From the NCBI GenBank assembly GCA_052386995.1, contig JBQTJP010000152.1, positions 1-28,933 on the forward strand: a stretch of DNA of 28,933 bases, read 5' to 3'. The stretch is from Armatimonadota bacterium. GTDB lineage: Bacteria; Sysuimicrobiota; Sysuimicrobiia; Sysuimicrobiales; Humicultoraceae. The translations under genes were made by a program, and so were the position numbers. Each line of letters starts with the position of its first letter. The stretch's first letter is position 1. Of the stretch, positions 1-8,116 are shown piece after piece. A model generated the notes under the pieces. It worked only from the letters and a program-made list of their open reading frames with translations, did no database searches and was not told where the DNA came from.

Positions 1-278
1 CCCTGCTCGATCTGCGTGGCAAGCTGGCCGGATGACCCAAACGAGATCCGGACACGCGCGCGATGCTGCTCTTCGAACAGCGCGCTGATCTCTTCCAATG
101 CGAACCGCAGGTCGGATGCGGCCGCCACCTCGAGGGTCGGCAGGGACTGGGCTTTGACAACCACCGTGCGACCGGGAAGGGTGAGGGGCTGCCCGAGAAT
201 GAGAAGCGCCCCCAGGAAGACGGCCAGCGCCACCACCGGGCGATGCCGCGCGCGCCCCATCGAGAGTGTCTGGTTCAT
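1..278 (-). CDS. modA: Molybdate ABC transporter substrate-binding protein (5' part; runs off the window)
   Basis: Not in the ORF track. Manual minus-strand translation from ATG 278, which overlaps the upstream TGA (ATGA), gives a hydrophobic signal segment followed by LEVAAASDLRFALEEI...VRISFGSSGQLATQIEQG, the ModA N-terminal AAASL/FGSSG signature. Confidence 0.9.
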   Translation of the reverse strand, partial: MNQTLSMGRARHRPVVALAVFLGALLILGQPLTLPGRTVVVKAQSLPTLEVAAASDLRFALEEISALFEEQHRARVRISFGSSGQLATQIEQ

Positions 279-736
279 CGTGCGCGTGGACCCAGGACTT
301 TCCCCACCATGACTTCGGTGGCCTTGATGACGGCGACGACGGGATCGCCCACGCGCAGCCGCATATGCTCGGCCGACGCGCGCGTGATGATCGAGACGAG
401 TTCCTGGTCACCGACCCCGATGCGCACTTCAGCCATGACTCCGTCCACGGACATCGATGTGATCCGTCCACGCAGCCGGTTGCGGGCGCTGATGGCGACC
501 TCGGAGTCAGCCCCTTCCACCGGCGTTCCGTGGAGTGACTCCAAAAGTTGTGCGCGAGGGAACAGCCACTTCCGGCCAACTCGAATGGTGGGCAGGCGGC
601 CTGTGCGGGCGAGCACCTGGACGCGCTTGACGTTCAGCCGCAGGAGCCGCGCCACATCCTGGGCCGTCAGATACACAGAAGGCCCGGCTACCAGTCTGGT
701 GGCGCCGCGGGGACGCCCCGCGCGTCGGGTCGGCAT
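275..736 (-). CDS. Molybdate-related transcriptional regulator: excisionase-like HTH_17 domain fused to a TOBE/Mop domain
   Basis: YLTAQDVARLLRLN...GRLPTIRVGRKWLFPR is an HTH_17 pattern; ISARNRLRG...SIITRASAEHMRL...AVIKATEVM carries the Mop/TOBE SARN and IKA motifs; translationally coupled to modA. Confidence 0.88.
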   Translation of the reverse strand: MPTRRAGRPRGATRLVAGPSVYLTAQDVARLLRLNVKRVQVLARTGRLPTIRVGRKWLFPRAQLLESLHGTPVEGADSEVAISARNRLRGRITSMSVDGVMAEVRIGVGDQELVSIITRASAEHMRLRVGDPVVAVIKATEVMVGKVLGPRAR

Positions 737-750
737 GGGACCTCACGGAC

Positions 751-812
751 CTACAAAGATACGTAAGGTTCTGTCAAATAAAGTATATATGGGTATTTAA
801 GGGAATACAACG
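751..812 (-). promoter_or_regulatory. AT-rich putative promoter region of the molybdate operon
   Basis: Sharply AT-rich stretch in a GC-rich background, with a perfect TTGACA on the minus strand at 772-777; no convincing -10 at canonical spacing. Confidence 0.45.
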
Positions 813-855
813 GGCTAATGTCGCCTGAGGATGACGAGCGCGTGGCTAATGTCGC
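813..855. repeat. Perfect 12-bp direct repeat GGCTAATGTCGC x2
   Basis: Copies at 813-824 and 844-855, 31 bp start to start, in the intergenic region upstream of the HTH-TOBE gene. Confidence 0.8.
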
Positions 856-972
856 GACGGTCATCTGTTCAGCGCCAGAGGCAGGTGTGATGTCGGCCGA
901 GGCCGTAGGAGGCAGCAGGCTTCCACACGCCAGCACGACCGGCAGCCAGACACCCAACATGGTGCGACTCAC

Positions 973-1440
973 ATGACGATTCTTTCCCGGCTGGCCGGGT
1001 TCTCAGCCACACGGATTCGTGCGATGCTCGCGGATCTTCCACCGGCCAGAGGGTACACGCTGGTCGTCAAACCCCTGCGATACCGCACGGGTCCGCATCT
1101 GGCCGGGCTATGTGAGTATGACGCCAGGAAGATCACGGTGCAGGTGCCCCAGCCGTTCCGGGCGTTCCGTCAGCGCATCCCGTATCGCGCCCAACGCATC
1201 AAGGCGCGCGCCGCTCGGGGGTATCCCTTTGCCTTCCGCTGGTTCTACCGGAACGTGTTATTCCGCACGAAAACCGACGTCATTCGGTTCCTCTACTGCC
1301 ACGAGTACTATCACTACTACCTCCATGAAGTACTGGGGCGGAAGGGTTCGGCGGAGACGGCGTGCGATCGATTTGCCCTGCAGCACTTTCGAAGGCGCGC
1401 TCGAGCAAGATCGACTCCAGAAGGATCGGCAGCCGGGTGA
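973..1440 (+). CDS. Small HExxH zinc-metallopeptidase-like protein (ImmA/IrrE/SprT-like motif)
   Basis: FLYCHEYYH followed by AETACDRFA, resembling the HExxH...ExxAxxFA pattern; aromatic-rich composition unlike shadow ORFs. Start uncertain (ATG 973 or 1024). Confidence 0.6.
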   Translation: MTILSRLAGFSATRIRAMLADLPPARGYTLVVKPLRYRTGPHLAGLCEYDARKITVQVPQPFRAFRQRIPYRAQRIKARAARGYPFAFRWFYRNVLFRTKTDVIRFLYCHEYYHYYLHEVLGRKGSAETACDRFALQHFRRRARARSTPEGSAAG

Positions 1441-3691
1441 TCTGCGCATTATGGCCCTTCAGAGCATCTTCGATGGCCTGCGCCAGCACCGATGCCACCG
1501 GAATGATGCCGGCCTCTCCGGCGCCCTTCGCGCCGAGGGGATTCAGTGGTGACGGATGTGCAAGGTGCGCGGTATGCACCGGCGGCGCCTCGGTAGCGCT
1601 AGGCAGGGCGTAGTCCAAAAACGTGGCCGTGAGCAGTTGCCCGTGCTCATCGTAGACGAGCCGCTCGTAGAGCGTATTGCCGATGCCGTTCGCGACGCCG
1701 CCGATCAGTTGCCCTTCCACCAGGTCGGGGTTGAGCACGCTGCCGCAGTCGTGGGCCGCGAGATACGCGATCACCCGCACCTGCGCGGTCTCGGGGTCAA
1801 CTTCTACGGCGCACGCCGCTGCGCCGCTGCTCCAGGCCAGTGCCTGCGGCGAGAAGTAGTGCGTGGCCACCAGGCCCGGCTCGCCGGGAAAGGGCGCTGA
1901 CCCGCTGCGTGGAAACCCCGCCCGGACGAGTTCTGCCAGGGTCTTCCCGGATCCAGGCTGACCGCGGACGCTAACGCGGCCCTCGACCATCTCGAGATCC
2001 TGGGGAGAGGCCTCGAGCAGCCGCGCGGCGAGACCGATCGCCCGCTCCCGCACCTCCCGAGCGGCGAGCAACGCGGCGGATCCCGCCACGGCCAGCGTAC
2101 GGCTGCCGAACGTTCCAAATCCATGCGGGATCAGGCGCGTATCCCCACCGATGACCGTGACGCGCGCCGGATCGATGCCGAGCTCCCGCCCCACGATGTG
2201 GCTGATGGCCGTCTGATGGCCCTGGCCCTGCGCCGGGCTGGCGATGGCCACCATCACCGCTCCGTCGCCTTCGACCCAGACCCGGGCGCCCTCGTACGGT
2301 CCGCCACTGGTGGATTCAACCGCGCAGCAGACGCCGATCCCGTAGAGTCTGCCGGCGGCGCGCGCGGCCCGCTGCTCTTCCCGCCGGCCGGCGTAGCCAA
2401 ACTCCGCCAGCGCGTGGTCCAGCAACGCGGGATAATCGCCGCTGTCATATTGCACCGGCGTCCCATCGGCCATCGTGAGGCCCGTGGCGTAAGGCATCTG
2501 CTCGGGCCGGACCAGGTTGCGGCGGCGCACCTCGACGGGATCGAGGCGCAGTTCCGCGGCGATGCGGTCCATGATCCGTTCCATCACGAAGTTGCCTTGC
2601 GGGCGTCCCGCGCCCCGCCAGGGGCCTGTCGGCGTCCGGTGCGTGTAGACGCAGGCCGCCTCGCTCCTGATGTGCTGCACCGCGTACGGCCCCGGCACAT
2701 GCGTCTGCACGTTGTTCGCCACGATGAACCCGAGCATCAGGTAGGCCCCGAGGTCGATGACGACGCGATCCGTGAACCCGATGAGCCGGCCGGTGCGTTC
2801 GACGGCCGCCTCGATCTCGTGGGTCTGCAGACGGTCATGCAACGCGGCGTGGAAATGTTCGCGGCGGTCCTCGATCCACCTGACCGGCCGGTTGGTCTTG
2901 CGGGCCAGCCACGCGGTGACGATCTCTTCGGGATAGAGCGCGCCCTTCAGCCCGAAGCCGCCGCCGACGTCTGGAACGACGACCCGCACCTGACGCGCGG
3001 GGAGTTGCAGGGCCGCGGCGATACCGTCTCGCGCTGCGTGCGGCATCTGTGTCGACGTCCAGACGGTCATGAGGCCATCGACCGCATCCCAGCGCGCGAC
3101 GACGCCGCGGGTCTCCAGCGGATGGCCGTGGCCGCGTTCGATGTCGAGTCGCAGTCGGATGACACGGTCGGCCCGCTCGAGAGCCGTGTCCACATCGCCT
3201 GTAGTGACGGTCCATCGTCCCGCGCAGTTGTCGGGCATATCGTCGTGTACGCGGGGGCCGCCCGGGCGCGGTGCCGCGTCAAGTTCGCCGACAACCGGAA
3301 GCGTCTTATAAACAACGTCGATGGCATCGAGGGCATCTTCGGCGGCGTAGCGATCCCCGGCCAGCACCGCGGCTACGGGCTCACCGACATAGTGCACAAT
3401 GTCAGAAGCCAGCGGCAGCGGCCCACGGGGCGCCACGATCCCGGGATGCGGAATCGTGTGCCGAATCGGCCGGTTGGCCGGACCCAGATCGGCGGCGGTG
3501 GCCGCGGCAACCACACCGGGGAGTGCGAGAGCGCGAGAGAGATCGATCTCGATCAGGCGCGCGTGCGCATGCGGACTGCGTAGTACTGCCATCTCGAGCA
3601 TGCCCGGCAGCACGATGTCGGCGACGAAACGGCCGTGTCCGGTGATGAGCCGGACGTCTTCCGCCCGCCCGGAATGGGGCCGCTCGCCCAT
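1280..3691 (-). CDS. Xanthine dehydrogenase family molybdopterin-binding large subunit (form II CoxL-like)
   Basis: LRSPHAHA, TSTQMPH, VGGGFGLK, PWRGAGRPQ, QGQGHQT, GTFGSR and KGAGEAG motifs. Start reassigned to ATG 3691, 2 nt after the upstream TAG. Confidence 0.92.
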   Translation of the reverse strand: MGERPHSGRAEDVRLITGHGRFVADIVLPGMLEMAVLRSPHAHARLIEIDLSRALALPGVVAAATAADLGPANRPIRHTIPHPGIVAPRGPLPLASDIVHYVGEPVAAVLAGDRYAAEDALDAIDVVYKTLPVVGELDAAPRPGGPRVHDDMPDNCAGRWTVTTGDVDTALERADRVIRLRLDIERGHGHPLETRGVVARWDAVDGLMTVWTSTQMPHAARDGIAAALQLPARQVRVVVPDVGGGFGLKGALYPEEIVTAWLARKTNRPVRWIEDRREHFHAALHDRLQTHEIEAAVERTGRLIGFTDRVVIDLGAYLMLGFIVANNVQTHVPGPYAVQHIRSEAACVYTHRTPTGPWRGAGRPQGNFVMERIMDRIAAELRLDPVEVRRRNLVRPEQMPYATGLTMADGTPVQYDSGDYPALLDHALAEFGYAGRREEQRAARAAGRLYGIGVCCAVESTSGGPYEGARVWVEGDGAVMVAIASPAQGQGHQTAISHIVGRELGIDPARVTVIGGDTRLIPHGFGTFGSRTLAVAGSAALLAAREVRERAIGLAARLLEASPQDLEMVEGRVSVRGQPGSGKTLAELVRAGFPRSGSAPFPGEPGLVATHYFSPQALAWSSGAAACAVEVDPETAQVRVIAYLAAHDCGSVLNPDLVEGQLIGGVANGIGNTLYERLVYDEHGQLLTATFLDYALPSATEAPPVHTAHLAHPSPLNPLGAKGAGEAGIIPVASVLAQAIEDALKGHNAQITRLPILLESILLERAFESAAGQIDRTPSPPNPSAPVLHGGSSDSTRGSRGTE

Positions 3692-3693
3692 GC

Positions 3694-4734
3694 CTATTCG
3701 GGAAACCGACCCGTAAAGAACGCGCTGTCGGGATCGGCCGTCGGCTGGATCCCCGAACGCGTCAGCCCATCCCGCAAGGCCCGCATCTGCCCGTCGTCCA
3801 GCCGCATCGTCGGCATGCGCAGCGGCCCCCCTGCCATGCCGTTCAGCCATCCCATGTACTTCCAGGCGGTCCGATGGATGAGCTTCGCCCCGGCGATCGA
3901 CTGATGCAGATTCCCGCGGGCCAGTCGCGCCGGCTGCAGCTTCCAGAAGAGATTCATGCCTTCATCGAACTTCCCCTCGCGGAGCAGGCGGAACCAGCGC
4001 GGCACGCGGTCGGCGAAATACTCGTATCCACTCGTGCCCATCCACTGCATGCCGAAAAGCTCGACGCAGGCCGGGCCGTTGTATTCCATCGGCTCGGAGA
4101 CAAGCACCTTGCCCCGCAGCAGCCGCTGGGCCGCCACCATCCCCGAAAATCCCGGCAGCCCGCACTCGTACTTCACCGCTACCACGGTGTCAAGGTCGCA
4201 CATCGCGAGCAGGGTGTCCATGGGAAACTGCGTGGGGTCGAACCGACGGAAGTTCCAGGTCGGCACGGCGAACAGCACGATGGCCAGATCGGTGGCATCC
4301 GCCACCACCTTCGTATACTCGTAGATCTCCTGCTTCGACTCCGGATAGAAATACGGCGGATAGGAGAGCAGCAGGCTGGTGGCGCCGTGGTCCTGACCGT
4401 ACCGGGCGGCGGCGATGGTGTCCTCGAGAGTATCAAAGCTGCCGTGGATCATGAGCTGAAAGCCCGGCGGCGCGGCGCCGGAGGCGATGTCGATCATCTG
4501 GCGGTACTCCTCCGGCGCGGTGCCGCACTCGGAGACGAGCAGCGTTCCCCAGAAGCCGAACGTCGCCGACAACTGCACGTCGTGGGCGATGGCCCGCGCG
4601 TTCAGCCGCTTGAAGTCATGCGTAAACGTGGGCATGACGACATTGCAGCACCCGTGAAAGGTCTGCTTCGCCCACGCCTTGGCCTCGCGCCGGGCAAACG
4701 GGAGCCGCACGCTCCGGGTCGATGGCACGCTCAC
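3694..4734 (-). CDS. DHDPS/N-acetylneuraminate-lyase family protein, probable hydratase-aldolase (PhdG-like)
   Basis: Only the C-terminal 346 aa of track ORF 3694..5541 are real; GTG 4734 overlaps the upstream TGA. NVVMPTF, LLLSYPPYF, VVAVKYE (Schiff-base Lys) and GPLRMP motifs. Confidence 0.82.
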   Translation of the reverse strand: MSVPSTRSVRLPFARREAKAWAKQTFHGCCNVVMPTFTHDFKRLNARAIAHDVQLSATFGFWGTLLVSECGTAPEEYRQMIDIASGAAPPGFQLMIHGSFDTLEDTIAAARYGQDHGATSLLLSYPPYFYPESKQEIYEYTKVVADATDLAIVLFAVPTWNFRRFDPTQFPMDTLLAMCDLDTVVAVKYECGLPGFSGMVAAQRLLRGKVLVSEPMEYNGPACVELFGMQWMGTSGYEYFADRVPRWFRLLREGKFDEGMNLFWKLQPARLARGNLHQSIAGAKLIHRTAWKYMGWLNGMAGGPLRMPTMRLDDGQMRALRDGLTRSGIQPTADPDSAFFTGRFPE

Positions 4735-5906
4735 ATCAGTCGCCCCCTCTCTTTCACTATCCTGATGCGCCGCGTAGGCGGCGGGGTGTTCCTGCTCGTG
4801 ACGAAGCGCAGCTCGCCAGAGGTGAACAGGCACGCGACCGCCGGGATGTCGCCCTGCGCAATGGCGTGCAGGGCGTCGCGATCGTGTGAGCCGAGCGGCG
4901 CGTCCAGCAGCATGAGATCCGCGGGCCGGCCGGGTTCGATGATGCCGGCGTCCAACCGGTACACGCGCCCCACGTTCCCGGTCGCGGCCGCCAGGGCCAC
5001 CTCCGGCGGCAGCGGGGCGAGCGACGACATTTCGACCACCGATTTCAACACGCCCAACGGCATCATCCCGGTGCCCGTCGGCGTGTCGCTGGCGATCAAG
5101 AGGCGGTGCAGATTGCCGGTCTCGGCGGCGTGGCGCGTCACGCGCAGAGCCGAGCGCAGGTTGCCTGCCTGGACGATCTGCAGGGCGATCTCGCTCTGCG
5201 TGATCACACGGTCGGCGTCCTCGTCCGACATCGCCGTCGGCCCGCCGTTGACATGGCCGCTCACATCGGGCCGCATCTCCAGCAGGTCGTCGGCGCTCAC
5301 CGCAGACGAGCCCGGAATCGACGCGCCGCCGGTGTGGCACATGACGACCAGGCCGTGTGCCTGCGCCCACCGCACCATCGGCGCGCAATCGCGTGGCCGC
5401 TCGAACGCCCCAAACCCCGCCTTCGCCAGCCAGACGCCCTGCGCGGCGAGTTCGGCAAAGTCGGCGTCGGTGAGCCCGGGTTCGAGGATCACGCTCCCGC
5501 CGTGCACGGTCATACCGCCGGGCCGGTAGTTCGAGAAGCATCGCTGGGCGGCAATGGCGAGCGCCTTGACGCCCGCGGGATCGGTGGGACGCCCCGGCGC
5601 ATGCACCTCACTCGGCGAAATGCAGCGAGTGATGCCGCCGTGCACGTAACTGTCTAGAAAGTCCACGGTCTTCTGACGTGGAGTGTAGTCGCCGAGCACG
5701 ACGTGGCAGTGGGAGTCGATCAGGCCGGGCGCGAGCGTCGCGCCGACCGCGTCGATCACCAGATCGGCCGCATCAATGTCGACGTCCGCGCGGCGGCCGA
5801 CCGCCGCAATCTGGCCGTCCGACAGCAATACGGTATCGGCGTCCGCGAGCGGCCGCTCAAGCCGCCCCGTAACGACCGCGCCGATGTTGACGATCGCGGC
5901 AGACAA
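4731..5906 (-). CDS. Enamidase-like metal-dependent amidohydrolase
   Basis: PGLIDSHCH, GDYTPRQ, EVHAPGRP, HTGGASIPGS, HVNGGPTA, SDTPTGTG and SRNTPP follow my recollection of Eubacterium barkeri enamidase along the whole length; TTG start with a GGAGG RBS. Confidence 0.88.
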   Translation of the reverse strand: MSAAIVNIGAVVTGRLERPLADADTVLLSDGQIAAVGRRADVDIDAADLVIDAVGATLAPGLIDSHCHVVLGDYTPRQKTVDFLDSYVHGGITRCISPSEVHAPGRPTDPAGVKALAIAAQRCFSNYRPGGMTVHGGSVILEPGLTDADFAELAAQGVWLAKAGFGAFERPRDCAPMVRWAQAHGLVVMCHTGGASIPGSSAVSADDLLEMRPDVSGHVNGGPTAMSDEDADRVITQSEIALQIVQAGNLRSALRVTRHAAETGNLHRLLIASDTPTGTGMMPLGVLKSVVEMSSLAPLPPEVALAAATGNVGRVYRLDAGIIEPGRPADLMLLDAPLGSHDRDALHAIAQGDIPAVACLFTSGELRFVTSRNTPPPTRRIRIVKERGRLM

Positions 5907-5940
5907 GGTACTCGTCCTCCTCGGCTCGGCCCTGCCCGGC

Positions 5941-6519
5941 CTACCTCAGCCCGTCTTCTCCCTTCACTTCGTGCTTCGCCACACCACCAAGGCGCGCGTT
6001 GAGCCGGCCGCGGCTCGCGTATGCCGCGATCACCACGATCTCATCGGGCCCCGGAGCGTCAGGAAGGGCGACGGTGATGCCGTCGTAGTGCGAGCGGACG
6101 TACAAAGCATCTTTGTGGGCCAGCGGGATGTCGATTTTCTCGCCGGCGTGCGCCCGCTTGGTCATCGACGGGATCCAGGCCTTGCCGCCGCCGGCGTGCT
6201 TGCGCAGGACATCGCCAAAGGTCGTGGTGAGCAGCGCGTTGATGTGCTCCTGATCGCCCTGCATCCCGACAATCCCGCCCTTGCCGTAACTCTCGACAGG
6301 ATCCGGCGCAAGCGCCGCGGCCGCGCGCCGCGAGAGCTCCTCGCCCAGCCCCGTGCTCGCGGCGACCAGATCGCGCAGATCGTCAACGTAGCGGCCGGCG
6401 TACGGGTTGCGGATGACCGCGCACACCGCGGCCTTCTTCAACGGCGGACCGCCGTCGCCGCGACCCATCTCGCTGTGGATCTCTTCGATAAACGTCGCCC
6501 ACTTGCGCACTTCGAGCAC
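5941..6519 (-). CDS. Amino acid synthesis family protein (AA_synth/DUF1185)
   Basis: AVIRNPYAGRYVDDL, ESYGKGGIVG, IDIPLAHKDALYVRSHYD and DAPGPDEIVV are typical of this family; GTG 6519 has AAGGAGG upstream. Confidence 0.85.
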   Translation of the reverse strand: MLEVRKWATFIEEIHSEMGRGDGGPPLKKAAVCAVIRNPYAGRYVDDLRDLVAASTGLGEELSRRAAAALAPDPVESYGKGGIVGMQGDQEHINALLTTTFGDVLRKHAGGGKAWIPSMTKRAHAGEKIDIPLAHKDALYVRSHYDGITVALPDAPGPDEIVVIAAYASRGRLNARLGGVAKHEVKGEDGLR

Positions 6520-6562
6520 AATCAGACCTCCTTCAAGCTTCAAGCGCTCCGCGCCTTAGGCG

Positions 6563-7219
6563 CTACGCGCTTACAGGCGGCAGCTGAGTGTAGACTGCGT
6601 ACTCCGGCCGGAACCAGGGCCGCGCCGCCAGATGAGCCCGCCACGGTGTCGCCCGCGCTTCGCGTCGCTCGGGCGAGTCGAGCGCGCTGAGGTCCTCCAG
6701 ATAGTGGAGCGCGAGATGCGTCCACTGGACCGGTGTGCTGTCGTGGACCCGGTACCTGCGGATCTGCCACCAGTGGCGGTTGCGCAGCAGGATGCGGCAG
6801 TGCTCCTCATCGTACCAGTGATTGAACTCGGCGTCGTCATCAGGCGGAACGGCAAACAGCACGGTGTAGAGATACGACGCCGCGTTCGCGTCACCGGGCG
6901 CGCCGGGACGCAGCAACCGGGTGATCTCCTCCGCCACATACCGGGTAAAGCCGCGCACGGACGCAAGCATGCGCGCCGTGCGCTCGCCCGGCTCGCGTTT
7001 GAGCTGCTGATATGCGGGCGTCTCGAGCACGTGGAGGCCCGTGAGGTAATAAACCACCGCGTACTTGGGCCAGCCCTCGGCCGCGACATACCGGGACGCC
7101 CCCACAAACCCCGGCACCGCCAGGCGCGAAGGCACATGCTCCAAGTTGTACCACTCGTTGAACTCGTCCTCCCAGTCCGCATCGGGCGACATTTGGGAGA
7201 ACAACACGGCCTCAGGCAC
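6563..7219 (-). CDS. Tandem two-domain DUF4286/EthD-like (dimeric alpha-beta barrel) protein
   Basis: Internal repeat EFNEWYNLEH...SRY / EFNHWYDEEH...RRY; GTG start with a GAGGGAG RBS. Confidence 0.72.
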   Translation of the reverse strand: MPEAVLFSQMSPDADWEDEFNEWYNLEHVPSRLAVPGFVGASRYVAAEGWPKYAVVYYLTGLHVLETPAYQQLKREPGERTARMLASVRGFTRYVAEEITRLLRPGAPGDANAASYLYTVLFAVPPDDDAEFNHWYDEEHCRILLRNRHWWQIRRYRVHDSTPVQWTHLALHYLEDLSALDSPERREARATPWRAHLAARPWFRPEYAVYTQLPPVSA

Positions 7220-7228
7220 CGCGCTCCC

Positions 7229-8116
7229 TCACTCCATGAACGACGGCGGCGGCATGGGCCCCCACCGGTTCACGACCACGGCGCGCTGTGCGGTGTCCCA
7301 ATATCCCGGCCGGTAGGCCGCTTCGTCGTCGACGCGGGCCATCTCACAGAAGATCTCCCAGCGTAGACCCCATGGATCACGGAAGTACACAAAGAGGTTG
7401 TTGCCGGGCCCGTGGCGGCCGGGGCCGAACTCTATCCGAACGCCCTGGCGAAGAAAATAATCGCCCAGGCGCCGCATCTCTTCCCACGACTTCGCTTCAA
7501 GGGCCAGGTGATGGGTGCCTGCGCTCGCCCCGCGCACCAACGCGATGGCGTGGTGGTCACGGTTGCACCGCAGCCAGAAGAAGTCGTCGCCCATTCGATC
7601 CGAGAGCCTGAACCCCATGACCTGCTGGTACCATGCCGCCAGCCTGACCGGGTCCGGCGCCTTGCGCGTGATGTGCCCGAGCCGGATGAGGTCGTAGCCG
7701 GCCTGGCTCACCGGTCGCGGCACCGGCGCCCGAGGCACCACGAGCTCGATGAGAAGGCCGTCGGGGTCATGGAGCCGGACGGACGGACCGTGCACCCGTT
7801 CGAATGGGTGCGGGCCCTCAACGACCTCGCCAGCGTCGCGCAGCGCCGCCGCGGCCCCGACCAGTGCGTCGTCATCGGCGACCCCGAAACCGACGTGATC
7901 CACGCTCACGGGCTCACCGGGATAGAGCACGAGTTCGTGGTGCGGTACGACCGCCGCGTTGGGAGGCAGCGCGCTGAGGCGGATGGCGCGCTCGGCCGGC
8001 TCGCGCCCCGTCACGCCCAGCCCGAGCACGCGCTCGTAGAATGCTGCGGCGGCCTCGGGATCGGGGACCCGAAGTGCCACGTGGCAGAGATATGTGACCA
8101 GCGGCTCTTCGATCAT
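7229..8116 (-). CDS. VOC-family extradiol ring-cleavage dioxygenase (catechol 2,3-dioxygenase-like)
   Basis: Two VOC modules; the C-terminal domain has LGHIT, DHHAIAL, HHLALE and GPGRHGPGNNLFVYFRDPWGLRWE (His/His/Glu metal ligands plus His/Tyr). ATG 8116 overlaps the upstream TGA. Confidence 0.85.
   Translation of the reverse strand: MIEEPLVTYLCHVALRVPDPEAAAAFYERVLGLGVTGREPAERAIRLSALPPNAAVVPHHELVLYPGEPVSVDHVGFGVADDDALVGAAAALRDAGEVVEGPHPFERVHGPSVRLHDPDGLLIELVVPRAPVPRPVSQAGYDLIRLGHITRKAPDPVRLAAWYQQVMGFRLSDRMGDDFFWLRCNRDHHAIALVRGASAGTHHLALEAKSWEEMRRLGDYFLRQGVRIEFGPGRHGPGNNLFVYFRDPWGLRWEIFCEMARVDDEAAYRPGYWDTAQRAVVVNRWGPMPPPSFME

Noticed and set aside
275..736. Excisionase indicating a prophage or ICE
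   Set aside because: The HTH_17 domain is fused to TOBE and coupled to modA; there is no integrase in the window.
751..972. 73-aa minus-strand ORF with a signal-peptide-like N-terminus
   Set aside because: It abuts the divergent ATG 973 with no promoter space, runs through the AT-rich promoter tract and has no recognisable domain; at most a remnant.
1280..3691. Call as aerobic CO dehydrogenase CoxL
   Set aside because: It lacks the form I AYxCSFR loop, and no coxM/S or accessory cox genes are present.
2123..5529. Long plus-strand ORFs (2123..3583, 3874..5529) and similar antisense ORFs elsewhere (e.g. 11993..13105, 13081..14292, 15303..16769, 20434..21603, 25545..26849)
   Set aside because: Shadow frames of well-supported genes in high-GC DNA; no motifs.
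4735..5541. N-terminal 270 aa of track ORF 3694..5541
   Set aside because: Arg-rich off-frame read-through overlapping the enamidase gene; the real start is GTG 4734.
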